Counted from the first letter of the stretch, positions 1 through 9,119 are shown. The stretch: DNA of 64,000 nt from Pseudomonadota bacterium (GCA_018241645.1 JAFEDL010000029.1:36389-100388); one strand, 5' to 3'. Notes: generated by a model from the letters alone, not told the origin. Translations and numbers: made by a program.

Positions 1-347
1 AGCGAGGCGAAGAACTGGATGCGGTCCGGCCAGGTCTTGTGGGCCTTGGCCATGGCGTCGTTCATGACCTGCGCGGCCTGCAGGCTGACCTTCTCGCCGC
101 CCCAGTAGACGTTGGGGCAGGAGAGCGAGGTCACCGCCACGTCGATGCCCATCCGGTCCATGTTCCTGATGCGCAGGTCCCAGTCGAACATCTCGGGCAC
201 CGGGGTCATGAACGGCGCGCCGTCGAGGTGGATCGCGCGCAGGCCGCCGAACACGGTCTTCATGGTGTACTTGCCGCCGTGCTTTTCCAGCAGCTTCACC
301 CACGCGTTGTCGAGCATGTGGGTGTGGACGTCGATTACGGGACTCAT
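1..347 (-). CDS. Amidohydrolase-family metal-dependent hydrolase/decarboxylase (ACMSD-like). N-terminal part only; the gene runs off the left window edge.
   Basis: My own minus-strand translation from ATG 347..345 gives MSPVIDVHTHMLDNAWVKLLEKHGGKYTMKTVFGG... It carries the DVHTH metal-ligand motif of the amidohydrolase_2 fold. It is missing from the ORF track because no stop lies inside the window. It starts 22 nt after the stop of the Bug gene. Confidence 0.6.
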   Translation of the reverse strand, partial: MSPVIDVHTHMLDNAWVKLLEKHGGKYTMKTVFGGLRAIHLDGAPFMTPVPEMFDWDLRIRNMDRMGIDVAVTSLSCPNVYWGGEKVSLQAAQVMNDAMAKAHKTWPDRIQFFAS

Positions 348-369
348 GGCTATTCCTTCAGGGGGTGGG

Positions 370-1350
370 TCAGTCGACTTTCAATCCTGCGGACTTCACG
401 ACGCCGGCCCAGCGGCCGACGTCGGTCTTCACGATCTCGGCGAACTGCTCGGGCGTGTTGGGCGCCCAGGGCTCCATGCCGAACTTCACCAGCTGCTCCT
501 TGAACTCCGGGGTGTTCTGGAAGCGCTGCATCTCGGCGTTGAGCTTCGCGACGATGGCCTTGGGAGTGCCGGCCGTGGTGACCACGCCCTGCCAGGCCTG
601 CCAGTCGAAGCCGGGAAGGCTGCGCGCAACCGGCTGCACGTTGGGCATCAGCACCGACTGGACCGCGGCCGAGGTGCCAAGCGCGGTGATCTTGCCGGCC
701 TGGATGTTGGGCACCGCCACCGAGAAGTCGAGGAACATCATCTCCGGCTTGCCCGCGATGATGTCGAGCACCGCCAGCGCCGAGCCCTTGTACGGCACGT
801 GCTGCACGTCGATGCCGGTTTCCTTCTTGAACACTTCCATGAACAGGTGGTGCGGGCTGCCGCTGCCGGATGAGGCGTAGTTGAACTTGCCGGGATTCTT
901 CTTCACGAGGTCGACCAGTTCGGCCACCGTCTTCACGCCGAGCCTGGGCGAGGTGACCAGGAAGAAGTTGACCGCGCCCACCATGGACACCGCGGCGAAA
1001 TCCTTCACCGGGTCGACCTGGGGCTTGGAGTAGATCGCCGGGCTGATGCCCAGCGTGGTGCTGGTGGCCATCAGCAGCGTGTAGCCGTCGGCGGGCGCCT
1101 TGGCCACCAGGTCGGCGCCGATCAGCGTGCCGGCGCCGGCGCGGTTCTCCACCACCACCGGCTGCTTCAGCGCCGTTCCCAGGCGATCGCCGATCACACG
1201 CGCCAGCACGTCCGTGAGCGCGCCGGGCGGGTACGGCACGACGAAACGGATCGGGCGGTTCGGGTAGCCGGCGGCCGGGTCCTGCGCCCACGCGCCCGAA
1301 GCGCATGCCGCAAGGGCCAACAGTGCTGCGATGAATGTGGTCTTTTTCAT
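370..1350 (-). CDS. Bug-family tripartite tricarboxylate transporter substrate-binding protein
   Basis: 326 aa with a signal peptide. The N-terminal motif YPNRPIRFVVPYPPGALTDVLARV is typical of Bug/TctC proteins. Confidence 0.85.
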   Translation of the reverse strand: MKKTTFIAALLALAACASGAWAQDPAAGYPNRPIRFVVPYPPGALTDVLARVIGDRLGTALKQPVVVENRAGAGTLIGADLVAKAPADGYTLLMATSTTLGISPAIYSKPQVDPVKDFAAVSMVGAVNFFLVTSPRLGVKTVAELVDLVKKNPGKFNYASSGSGSPHHLFMEVFKKETGIDVQHVPYKGSALAVLDIIAGKPEMMFLDFSVAVPNIQAGKITALGTSAAVQSVLMPNVQPVARSLPGFDWQAWQGVVTTAGTPKAIVAKLNAEMQRFQNTPEFKEQLVKFGMEPWAPNTPEQFAEIVKTDVGRWAGVVKSAGLKVD

Positions 1351-1434
1351 GGGTCCTCCCTCCAGGGAGCGCTAAGGCTAGTCGGTGCGGCTGCTAAAAT
1401 CAATTTCCGCAGCATTCGTTTCACATCGAAACCC

Positions 1435-2394
1435 TTGGCCCCTCACCGCATCGTCTACCTGCAGCGCGCCACGCTCGACGCGGGGGTACGAGTGCGCCGC
1501 CCCGCATTCGAGCACGAATGGATCGAATATCCCGCCACGCCCGTGGAAGAGATCGCCGGGCGGCTGGCCGGCGCGACGATCGCCGTGTCGAACAAGTTCC
1601 GCCTTACGCGCGAGACGATCGCGTCCGCGCCGACGCTCAAGCTCATCGCCATTGCCGCCACCGGCCACGACAGCGTGGACCTCGACGCCTGCCGCGACCT
1701 GGGCATCGCAGTCACCAACGTGCGCCGCTATTCGGAGCACAGCGTGGCCGAGCACACGCTGATGCTGATGCTGGCCGTCAGCCGCCACCTGAAGGGCTAC
1801 GCGACGCGCACGGCCCTGGGCGCCTGGAACCAGTCGCAGCGCTTCTACCTCGAGGGCCCGGCCATTGGCGACCTGTACGGCAAGACGCTCGCAATCGTCG
1901 GGCGCGGGGGGCTGGGCACCAGCGTCGCGCGGCTGGCCGAGGCTTTCGGCATGAAGATCCTGTGGGCCGAAAGGAAGGGGGCCCCCGCCACGCGCCCGGG
2001 CTACACGCCGTTCATGGAGGCGCTCGCCGCTGCGGACTTCGTGTCGCTGCACTGCCCGTTCTCTCCCGAGAACCTGCACATGATCGGCGAGCCGGAACTG
2101 CGCGCAATGAAAAAGACCGCCTACCTCGTCAACACTGCGCGCGGAAAGCTGATCGACGAGCCGACGCTCGTCTGGGCGCTGATGGAAGGCTGGATCGCCG
2201 GCGCCGCGCTCGACGTGCTGTCCGCCGAGCCGCCGGCGCAGGGCAATGTGCTGCTCGACCAGCGCATCGCCAACCTGCTGATCACGCCGCACATCGCCTG
2301 GGGCTCGACCGAGGCCCGCCAGGCGCTGGCCGACGAGCTGGTCGACTGCATGGAGGCGTTCGTGCGCGGCGAGGCGCTGAACCGGCTGGTGTGA
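1435..2394 (+). CDS. D-isomer-specific 2-hydroxyacid dehydrogenase (glycerate dehydrogenase-like)
   Basis: 319 aa. NAD-binding GKTLAIVGRGGLGTSVA, and the catalytic-region motifs LVNTARGKLID and ITPHIAWGS. Confidence 0.85.
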   Translation: MAPHRIVYLQRATLDAGVRVRRPAFEHEWIEYPATPVEEIAGRLAGATIAVSNKFRLTRETIASAPTLKLIAIAATGHDSVDLDACRDLGIAVTNVRRYSEHSVAEHTLMLMLAVSRHLKGYATRTALGAWNQSQRFYLEGPAIGDLYGKTLAIVGRGGLGTSVARLAEAFGMKILWAERKGAPATRPGYTPFMEALAAADFVSLHCPFSPENLHMIGEPELRAMKKTAYLVNTARGKLIDEPTLVWALMEGWIAGAALDVLSAEPPAQGNVLLDQRIANLLITPHIAWGSTEARQALADELVDCMEAFVRGEALNRLV

Positions 2395-2408
2395 CCTGTC
2401 CTGCGAAA

Positions 2409-2426
2409 TGTACCGGTACCGGTACA
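2409..2426. promoter_or_regulatory. Perfect 18-bp palindrome TGTACCGGTACCGGTACA. Candidate operator, or a weak terminator hairpin.
   Basis: Reads identically on both strands. It lies between the dehydrogenase stop (2394) and the AhpD-like gene start (2551). Confidence 0.3.
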
Positions 2427-2550
2427 AGGATTAGCCGGAGATCGGCTCCTAGCGCGGACATTACAGATACAATGTTCGCAATTCAGTCCACCTGGACGAT
2501 GCGGTCGGCATTCCTTGCGCGCATGCGGTTCGGGCCAAAAGGAGTCCCCG

Positions 2551-3093
2551 ATGCCTTTTTTCGACTCACTGCCGGCCGACGCCGGCGTCCGCCACATCCT
2601 CCAGCTGAACAAGCCGGCCGGACGCGCGTTGATCGAGTTTCACGAGGCGCTGCTGCGCGGCGATTCGCCGCTCAGCCCGGCGCAGCTCGAATTGATCGCC
2701 GCCTACGTTTCGGGGCTGAACGCCTGCCACTATTGCTATGGCGTTCATTCCGAGACCGCGCGATCGTACGGCCTGGAGCCCGGGGTGCTGGAGGCAATGC
2801 TCGCGGATCCCGACTCGGCGCCGGTCGATGCAAGGATGCGCCCGCTGCTTCATTACGCGCGCAAACTCACCCTTACCCCGTCGCGAATGATGCAGTCGGA
2901 TGCCGACGCCGTGCTCGCCGCAGGCTGGAGCGAGCGGGCGCTGCACGACGCAGTGCTGACCGTCTGCCTGTTCAATTTCATGAACCGGCTGCTGGAAGGA
3001 CACGGCTGCAAAGGCGCGCCGGAGGCATTCGCCACGCGGGGCAAAGCGCTCATGGACGAGGGCTACGCGCCGTTGCTCAAATTCCTGGAGTAA
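2551..3093 (+). CDS. Carboxymuconolactone decarboxylase / AhpD-like peroxidase-related protein
   Basis: CHYCYGVH CxxC motif. AAGGAG RBS 8 nt upstream of ATG 2551. The ORF-track start at 2515 lacks an RBS. Confidence 0.75.
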   Translation: MPFFDSLPADAGVRHILQLNKPAGRALIEFHEALLRGDSPLSPAQLELIAAYVSGLNACHYCYGVHSETARSYGLEPGVLEAMLADPDSAPVDARMRPLLHYARKLTLTPSRMMQSDADAVLAAGWSERALHDAVLTVCLFNFMNRLLEGHGCKGAPEAFATRGKALMDEGYAPLLKFLE

Positions 3094-3133
3094 GCGGCTC
3101 AGCCATCCGATCGTTGCACGGCGTCGAGCCGCT

Positions 3134-3661
3134 TCAGGCGTCCCCGCGCGCCGGATAGTTCTTCGCGATGACGAAGTCGAGGCTTTGCAGGATTTCGTTG
3201 AAGTGCGGCCGGCCGAACGGCATGGTCGAAGTGGTGCCCCAGTACAGTCGTCCATCCGGCCGAACGATGTAGAGGCCCGGCTCGTTGAACAGGTCAGGCT
3301 CAACCACGCCCGCCGAGGTCATCCCATTTGAGCGGGAAACGTAAAGGCCCCATTCGCGTACGTCCGCGATCGACAGCCCGTGCCCGATGCGCAGGTTCTT
3401 CAGGCCCCAACCGGCTTTCGCCTGCTCGGCACGGTCTTGCGGATCCGAACTGGCGGCGATGACCGATACACCCCGTTTCTCGAATTCCGGGAGCAGGGTT
3501 TCCAGTTCCGAGAGATAACGCCGGCAGATTGGGCAGTGCAGGCCCCGATAGAACACAACCATCGTGAATTGCTGCGGCCTCTCGCCTGCGAGCGAGAAAG
3601 TCCCGCCTCCTGCGAGGTCTAGTTCCAACATCGGCACCGCTTGGTTCGGGATGAGTGACAT
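3134..3661 (-). CDS. Peroxiredoxin-like (AhpC/TSA-redoxin family) protein
   Basis: MSLIPNQ...FYRGLHCPICRRYL... on a thioredoxin-fold peroxiredoxin-like layout. The upstream part of the 221-aa ORF is Arg-rich junk. Confidence 0.75.
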   Translation of the reverse strand: MSLIPNQAVPMLELDLAGGGTFSLAGERPQQFTMVVFYRGLHCPICRRYLSELETLLPEFEKRGVSVIAASSDPQDRAEQAKAGWGLKNLRIGHGLSIADVREWGLYVSRSNGMTSAGVVEPDLFNEPGLYIVRPDGRLYWGTTSTMPFGRPHFNEILQSLDFVIAKNYPARGDA

Positions 3662-3684
3662 GTTATTCGTCTCCGGGCAAGGAT

Positions 3685-4164
3685 TTATCGGTCCGCCGCT
3701 TCGCGCACGATCTTCTCGAAAACCGGATCGAGCTCCCGTGCCATCGCATTCAGTTCGGCGCTGCCATAAGGCGCAAATACCGCGCTGGGGGAGCGCCAAG
3801 TCACGCTGGTCTTCCCGTCGGCCTCCTCGACCAGGTAGATCCGGATCGGCGCTTCGATGCCCGCAGGCACGCTCGCCGCGAGCATCCTTACCGCGTAATC
3901 ATTGCGAAACACCATCAATACGAGATTGCCGCGGATCTTCACTCCGCGTGCGGCTGCGCCGCGACTCGCGCTTGCCTGCGCGACGAGCCCCATCTTGTTC
4001 GACTCGATCGACTTTTCCAGGCGACCGGCCAGCACATCGAAAGCGTACCTCGAGGTTACGCTGTTGGTCCCAGGATATGCCGGGAGCGACTGGGCGAAAG
4101 CAGCGTGCGACACGAGCATGAGCGCCGTGGCGAAAGTGCCCAGGCTGCTGAAAAGTATCTTCAT
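3685..4164 (-). CDS. Secreted DUF302-domain protein
   Basis: Signal peptide MKILFSSLGTFATALMLVSHAAFA, then a DUF302-like core (VLMVFRNDYAVRML...IRIYLVEEADGKT). Confidence 0.7.
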   Translation of the reverse strand: MKILFSSLGTFATALMLVSHAAFAQSLPAYPGTNSVTSRYAFDVLAGRLEKSIESNKMGLVAQASASRGAAARGVKIRGNLVLMVFRNDYAVRMLAASVPAGIEAPIRIYLVEEADGKTSVTWRSPSAVFAPYGSAELNAMARELDPVFEKIVREAADR

Positions 4165-4364
4165 CTGGAGTACCCCTTTGGGTTTGGCGTAAATCGTGAT
4201 CTCTGCGCGATTCAACGGCTGTTGATCGCCTTGCTTTGCCGGCTGATGCTTGGACGCGGGCACAAGCCGATTTCTTACGCCAAGGTCATGCAATGCCGTT
4301 CGGCAGCAAGACGCAGGCGCTAAAATGATCGATCGCAGCACATGAAGCGCCTGGGAGGCTGGGA

Positions 4365-4940
4365 GTGGCGGGGAAAGAGACGGATCTGGCGAGAGAACTC
4401 GAATCGCATCGCGATTACCTCGTGCGATTCGCGCTATTCATGCTGCGCGACCTGGCGCTCGCGGAGGACGCCGTACAGGAGACGTTCATCTCCGCTCTTG
4501 CGAGCCATGAAGAATTCCAAGGTCGCTCGCAATTGCGTACCTGGCTGACGGCGATCCTGAAGAACAAGGTGTTCGACCTCGTGCGCAGCCGAAGCAAGGG
4601 CCCGCCGATGGTTTCTTCGGACGACTTACAGGAAGACGACGGCAGGGACGGCGCATTCGGCGAGAGGGGGCAGTGGATTGACCCCCCGTCGAACTGGGGT
4701 TTGCCCGAGGAAGCCTTCGAGTCGAGCCAGTTCTGGGAAACCTACTTGAAATGCTGCAAGGTCATGCCGGAGCGCCAGGCGCTGGTGTTCTCGATGCGCG
4801 AGGTGTTGGGCCTCTCAGCCGAAGAAATATGTAAGAAACTCGAACTGACCACGTCCAATCTCCATGTGATCCTTTTCAGGGCGCGGCAGAGTTTGCGCAC
4901 GTGCATGACGAAAAACTGGTTTGGTGGCGAACATGGGTAA
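4365..4940 (+). CDS. ECF (group IV sigma-70) RNA polymerase sigma factor
   Basis: Region 2 (YLVRFALFMLRDLALAEDAVQETF) and region 4 (LSAEEICKKLELTTSNLHVILFRARQSL) are both recognisable. Confidence 0.85.
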   Translation: MAGKETDLARELESHRDYLVRFALFMLRDLALAEDAVQETFISALASHEEFQGRSQLRTWLTAILKNKVFDLVRSRSKGPPMVSSDDLQEDDGRDGAFGERGQWIDPPSNWGLPEEAFESSQFWETYLKCCKVMPERQALVFSMREVLGLSAEEICKKLELTTSNLHVILFRARQSLRTCMTKNWFGGEHG

Positions 4941-5136
4941 GCTGATGTATTCGTGCGAGCAGGCCGCAAGACTCAGCTCGCGGGCGATGGAAGAGCCTCT
5001 GGGGCCCGTGGATCGGACGATGCTGAGGCTCCACCTGATGATGTGCGCCAATTGCACGAATTTCTCCCGCCAGATCGAGTTCCTCCGCCGAGCTTCGCGC
5101 AAGGTCCCGGAAGCCATCGATAGGGGAAAAACCTGA
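4921..5136 (+). CDS. zf-HC2 type anti-sigma factor
   Basis: 71 aa. Overlaps the sigma gene by 20 nt. H-x3-C-x2-C motif (HLMMCANC). Confidence 0.7.
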   Translation: MVANMGKLMYSCEQAARLSSRAMEEPLGPVDRTMLRLHLMMCANCTNFSRQIEFLRRASRKVPEAIDRGKT

Positions 5137-5172
5137 ATCCGGCCCGGCGCACGGCGGTTCAGGACCATACAC

Positions 5173-6570
5173 ATGAATGAACTGCAGACTTACCTGTTCT
5201 GGGGATTTCTCCTCGCGTTCGGCGCGGTGATGTACCTGGTGGTGCCGAAATCCGAAGATGAGGCCGGATTTTTCCGCGGCCACGATTCGCAGGGCCGGCC
5301 CGCCTCCGAGTGGGCGCTGATGTTGAGCATCTTCATCAGCTGGATATTCGCCAAGTCGGTGACCAATGCGGCGAACCTCGGGGCGGCCTACGGCATCGTC
5401 GGCGGACTTGCCTACGCCGCGTACTGGCTTTCGATCCCCGTCGCCGGCCTGGTCATCTACCGGCTGCGCACCCGGGAGGGCGCAACCGGCCTGGTGCCGT
5501 TCCTGATCGGGAAATACGGCCGCGGCGCGGCGCTTGCGTTCTCGGCGGCGATCCTGATCCGGCTGTTCAACGAAGTGTGGAGCAACACCGCGGTGGTCGG
5601 CGGCTACTACGGCGACAGCGGTTCACCAGGCTTTATCTTCTCGGCGCTGCTGTTTACCGCGGCGGTGCTGTTCTACAGCTTGAAAGGCGGATTGCGCAGC
5701 TCGATCTTCAGCGACGTGATCCAGGCGATCGTGTTCATCCTGTTCCTGGGCGTGGTGCTGGCGTTCGTGCTGCCGAATCACACTCCCCGGGTACTGCTGA
5801 CAGAAGGCGATTTCGCGCTGAGTTCCGGCGTCGACCTGCTGCTGGTCGCGCTATTGCAGGTCGTGTCCTACCCGTTCCACGACCCGGTGCTGACCGACCG
5901 CGGATTCATCACGCGCGAGAAGACCATGCTCCGGGCGTTTGTCGCGGCCGGAGCGCTCGGATTCCTGGCGATACTCGCATTCAGCCTCGTCGGCGTGCAC
6001 GCGCGCCTCGAGGGCTTCAAGCCGAGCGGCAACGTTCCGGCGGAGGTCGCAAGAGGGCTGGGTTTCGCGGGATTTTTCGCGATGGTCGTAGTGATGGTCA
6101 CATCGGCCGGCTCCACGCTGGACTCGACTTTCACGTCATTGTCGAAGCTGGTGGCGCGGGAGCTCCCGCTGCTTGCCGGCCGGCTGCCTTCGCCGAAGGC
6201 CATGACCATCGGATCGCTGGCGATGGTGGCGTTTGCGCTGCTCGGCAACGTACCGATGATTGCGGGAACCGACATCCTCAAGGCGACCACGATCAGCGGC
6301 ACCATGGTCATTGGGCTGGCGCCGGTCTTCCTCTTGTCCCGCTGGGTACGCTATTCGCCGGCATCGTTCCATCTCGCATTCTGGACGGGCATCGCCCTCG
6401 GTGTGCTCCAGGCCGTCGACATGGTTCCCGCCAGCTGGGCAATCGGGAGTGGCAAGTACGGGATCCTGCTCGGAACCAATCTATACGGCCTGGTGCTTTG
6501 CACCGCCGGCTTCCTGCTGCCCTTGGCGTTGCCCCGACGTCGCATGGCTTCATCCGGGAGTGCGGCGTAG
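5173..6570 (+). CDS. Polytopic membrane transporter, sodium:solute symporter-like
   Basis: 465 aa, about 12 hydrophobic segments, SSS-like N-terminus. The family call is tentative. Confidence 0.55.
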   Translation: MNELQTYLFWGFLLAFGAVMYLVVPKSEDEAGFFRGHDSQGRPASEWALMLSIFISWIFAKSVTNAANLGAAYGIVGGLAYAAYWLSIPVAGLVIYRLRTREGATGLVPFLIGKYGRGAALAFSAAILIRLFNEVWSNTAVVGGYYGDSGSPGFIFSALLFTAAVLFYSLKGGLRSSIFSDVIQAIVFILFLGVVLAFVLPNHTPRVLLTEGDFALSSGVDLLLVALLQVVSYPFHDPVLTDRGFITREKTMLRAFVAAGALGFLAILAFSLVGVHARLEGFKPSGNVPAEVARGLGFAGFFAMVVVMVTSAGSTLDSTFTSLSKLVARELPLLAGRLPSPKAMTIGSLAMVAFALLGNVPMIAGTDILKATTISGTMVIGLAPVFLLSRWVRYSPASFHLAFWTGIALGVLQAVDMVPASWAIGSGKYGILLGTNLYGLVLCTAGFLLPLALPRRRMASSGSAA

Positions 6571-6573
6571 CCT

Positions 6574-7260
6574 TTACAGGCCGAGGATTTCCGGCAAGGC
6601 CGCCAGCGTGCTGATTTCGCCATCCGGAAGTTCGGGGATGCGCTCCGGCGCCTGGCCGAACCGATTGCACCAGACCACGTGAAATCCGAACGCCTTGGCC
6701 GCGTGCGCGTCCCATGCGTTGGAAGACAGGAAGCAGATCTCCTCCCGCTCGATCCCGAACTGCGTGGTCGCAAGCGCATACACCGAGGGATGGGGCTTGA
6801 ATACTTTGACTTCCTCAACTGATATGACTGCGTCCAGCAGGCTGGCGATCCTCGAATTCTCGGTGGCTGCCCCCAGCATTCGCGGCGAACCGTTGGAGAG
6901 GATCGCAAGCCTCATGCCGCCCGCCTTGAGGCGCTCGAGCGTGCCCTTTACCTCCGGGTAACTGCTGAGCCTGAGGTAGGACTCCATCAACCGGGTGCGC
7001 AGGACCGGGTCGGCGATCTTCAGGCTCGTCATAGCGTAGTCCAGCGCGTCTCCCGTGACCTGCCAGAAGTCCGCGTGGCGGCCCATGAGGCCCCGCAGCC
7101 AGGTGTACTGCAGTTGCTTTGTTCGCCACAGGTCTGCGAGCGGCTGCCACTTGTCCCCCAACGCGTCGCTTTCGGCCGCGGCGGCGCTATTGACGTCGAA
7201 CAATGTGCCGTACGCGTCGAACACGCATGCACGGATTCCGGTGAGGCGAAGCGGTGTCAT
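6574..7260 (-). CDS. Haloacid dehalogenase type II (HAD superfamily)
   Basis: ACVFDAYGTLFDV nucleophile motif, SNGSPRML, and SSNAWDAHAAKAFG. Confidence 0.85.
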   Translation of the reverse strand: MTPLRLTGIRACVFDAYGTLFDVNSAAAAESDALGDKWQPLADLWRTKQLQYTWLRGLMGRHADFWQVTGDALDYAMTSLKIADPVLRTRLMESYLRLSSYPEVKGTLERLKAGGMRLAILSNGSPRMLGAATENSRIASLLDAVISVEEVKVFKPHPSVYALATTQFGIEREEICFLSSNAWDAHAAKAFGFHVVWCNRFGQAPERIPELPDGEISTLAALPEILGL

Positions 7261-8603
7261 TCTTTTCCCCTTGGCGAATGCCCTTTGATTTGCGAGTACT
7301 GCCTGTCCGCACCAACCACCGTAACACGCCGTGGTTGAATCCCGGCTTCCTGGCCGGGCAACGGCCGGCGCTCCTCATTGAAGGTGAAGCCGGAGCGCAG
7401 GGAAGCGGCGAGCGCGGTACGGATCATTTTTTCCCCGCGAACGGCCGGTCCGCCGGCCAGCAACGACTCGAAGAGGCCCGCGTAAAAGGCGTCGGGTTCG
7501 ACGCGCATCCGGTAGGTCAGTGACACAGCGTTAGGGTGAATGGTCTCGAGATAGTCGAACGTTGCCGCCTCGTCGGGCGCCAGCCGTGTATCGGATATCT
7601 CAGTCGACAGGTCCGCTGAAACAACGCGAGCGATCACGTATTGGCGGAGCGTACCCCGCAGCATCTTCCCTGCCCGGTCGGACTGGAAGATCTCGGCGAT
7701 CACCTTGGGCGTCACATAAGTCGGGAACCGGTGCCCGGTACCGGTATTGCGGACCTCGAGGCTCGCCTGGATTGCGGGGCCCGCGCGGACCGGATCCGAT
7801 GCACGCATCGTCACGCCGCCCCGCATGGTCGGTTCGTCATGGACCCCGCGCCACAGATGGCGCCGGTCCGGCATGTGACACGACTGGCAAGCGCGCCCTT
7901 CCTTCGCGTAGCGGCTCGCCTTCCATTCCTCGTAGGTGTTTTCGAGATACTTCCCGTTCAAGGCGAAGTCGCCTTCCCCGAACTGGTGGCATGCGGCGCA
8001 GAACTTCGAATCCTCAAACGCGGCGCTTGCGCTCCAACCGCCGTGGGGAAGGCCGGTGTCTGTCGCCAACGGTGCGCTGCCGTCGCGCCTTGGCGGCCCG
8101 AAGCGGATGTGCTGGCGAACATGACAACCCGCGCAGGTCAGCCCCCGCTCGTGAGCCCCTGGGCGTGCGTGTGCAGTTTTGTCTGCGATCGCCTCGGACA
8201 GGCTAGTCGCCTGCTCGGACAAGGGCGCGTGGCAGCGGATACACGCCTGGTGCTCCTCGCGTGCTTCCGGCGCCATGTCGACCAACTGGCCGAGCACGCC
8301 CGGTCCCATGGCCCGTGAATGAAGCGACGCCTTCCAGTCGCTGAACTGGCCCGCATGACAGGCGCCGCAGGCTTCCGGGTCAAGCGCATGCCCCGCTGTG
8401 CCGAAGCCGGCCGGAACGGGACCCTGAGGCCCGATCGGTCGCTGCCAATGACGGCCGAGAAATCCATCGATCGCGCCAGTTCGGACACCCGACCCGTCCG
8501 TGGGCAGCGGCTTCTCGCCGCACCCAGCCAACAGGAAGAAAAGGACGAGGACGGCAAGCCTCCTGCCGTTCGCAATCAGGAATTGCCCATGCCGGCGTGA
8601 CAT
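7257..8603 (-). CDS. Pentaheme c-type cytochrome lipoprotein
   Basis: Lipobox LLAGC. Five CxxCH motifs (CGACH, CIRCH, CAGCH, CAACH, CQSCH). 4-nt ATGA overlap with the downstream HAD gene. Confidence 0.8.
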   Translation of the reverse strand: MSRRHGQFLIANGRRLAVLVLFFLLAGCGEKPLPTDGSGVRTGAIDGFLGRHWQRPIGPQGPVPAGFGTAGHALDPEACGACHAGQFSDWKASLHSRAMGPGVLGQLVDMAPEAREEHQACIRCHAPLSEQATSLSEAIADKTAHARPGAHERGLTCAGCHVRQHIRFGPPRRDGSAPLATDTGLPHGGWSASAAFEDSKFCAACHQFGEGDFALNGKYLENTYEEWKASRYAKEGRACQSCHMPDRRHLWRGVHDEPTMRGGVTMRASDPVRAGPAIQASLEVRNTGTGHRFPTYVTPKVIAEIFQSDRAGKMLRGTLRQYVIARVVSADLSTEISDTRLAPDEAATFDYLETIHPNAVSLTYRMRVEPDAFYAGLFESLLAGGPAVRGEKMIRTALAASLRSGFTFNEERRPLPGQEAGIQPRRVTVVGADRQYSQIKGHSPRGKE

Positions 8604-8703
8604 TCTTCGGTTCGCAGCTTACCCGCGGCCGGGGAAATCCGAACGGATTCCCCCGGGTCCTGTTGCCAGCCCAGCAATCGGCACAGGGCTTGTGGGCCCC
8701 GCG

Positions 8704-8934
8704 TTACTTCTTTTTCGCCGCGCAGGGGTTCTTGGCAGCGCACGGATTTTTCGCAGCGCACGGATTCGCTTTCGCCCCGCACGGGTTCTTCTTTGCGGCG
8801 CACGGATTGGATTTCGCCGCACACGGATTCTTCTTCGCGGCGCAGGGATTCGCCTGGGCATGGGCCATCGGGACTGCCAGTGCGAGCGCGGCGGTGCCGA
8901 GGGCCAGGCGGACGTGCTTCATGTCGATCTTCAT
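8704..8934 (-). CDS. Secreted cysteine-repeat peptide: signal peptide plus seven NPC(A/G)AK repeats
   Basis: MKIDMKHVRLALGTAALALAVPMAHA / QANPCAAKKNPCAAKSNPCAAKKNPCGAKANPCAAKNPCAAKNPCAAKKK. The repeats differ at synonymous codon positions. Confidence 0.7.
   Translation of the reverse strand: MKIDMKHVRLALGTAALALAVPMAHAQANPCAAKKNPCAAKSNPCAAKKNPCGAKANPCAAKNPCAAKNPCAAKKK
8707..8850 (-). repeat. Coding tandem repeat of 18-21 nt units encoding NPCAAK(K)
   Basis: Seven units seen in translation. They also generate the mirror repeat FAAHGF in the antisense ORF 8597..9064. Confidence 0.8.
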
Positions 8935-9119
8935 GGTGGGTTCCTGTCAGGTTGGGGACGTAATTGTCTTGCTGCGAAATTTCCGCGGCAGGCATCTGAC
9001 GAGGGCACTGCCAGGAACCTTACACATCCGCCACGGGTTGCAGTTGGCCGTGACTGCACTGTAAGGATCCGGGTTGCCAGGCGGTCTAACCGGCACCAAT
9101 CATCGAAGGGGTTCGGGAA

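Noticed and set aside
350-1306. Long ORFs antisense to or out of frame with clear genes. Examples: 350..1306, 1378..2427, 1518..3158, 19586..21346, 38794..39945, 41095..42237, 47908..49191, 57707..60085.
   Set aside because: They have Arg/Ala/Pro/Gly-rich compositions typical of wrong-frame translation of high-GC DNA. Each overlaps a gene with strong family motifs on the other strand or frame.
8707-8850. Short tandem DNA repeats that could look like a CRISPR or VNTR array.
   Set aside because: The units are 18-21 nt and contiguous, with no spacers. They are in frame inside a CDS, degenerate at synonymous positions, and no cas genes are present.
9014-9040. Possible ECF-sigma promoter GGAAC-N16-GGGTT upstream of the thioredoxin/CcdA operon.
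   Set aside because: Only the -35 GGAAC is convincing and the -10 does not match CGT-type ECF consensus. I cannot link it to the ECF sigma at 4365 without data.
8597-9064. ORF with an FAAHGF/FFAAQGF repeat.
   Set aside because: It is the antisense image of the NPCAAK repeat gene. It has no signal or start context, whereas the minus-strand reading has a signal peptide and a sensible stop.
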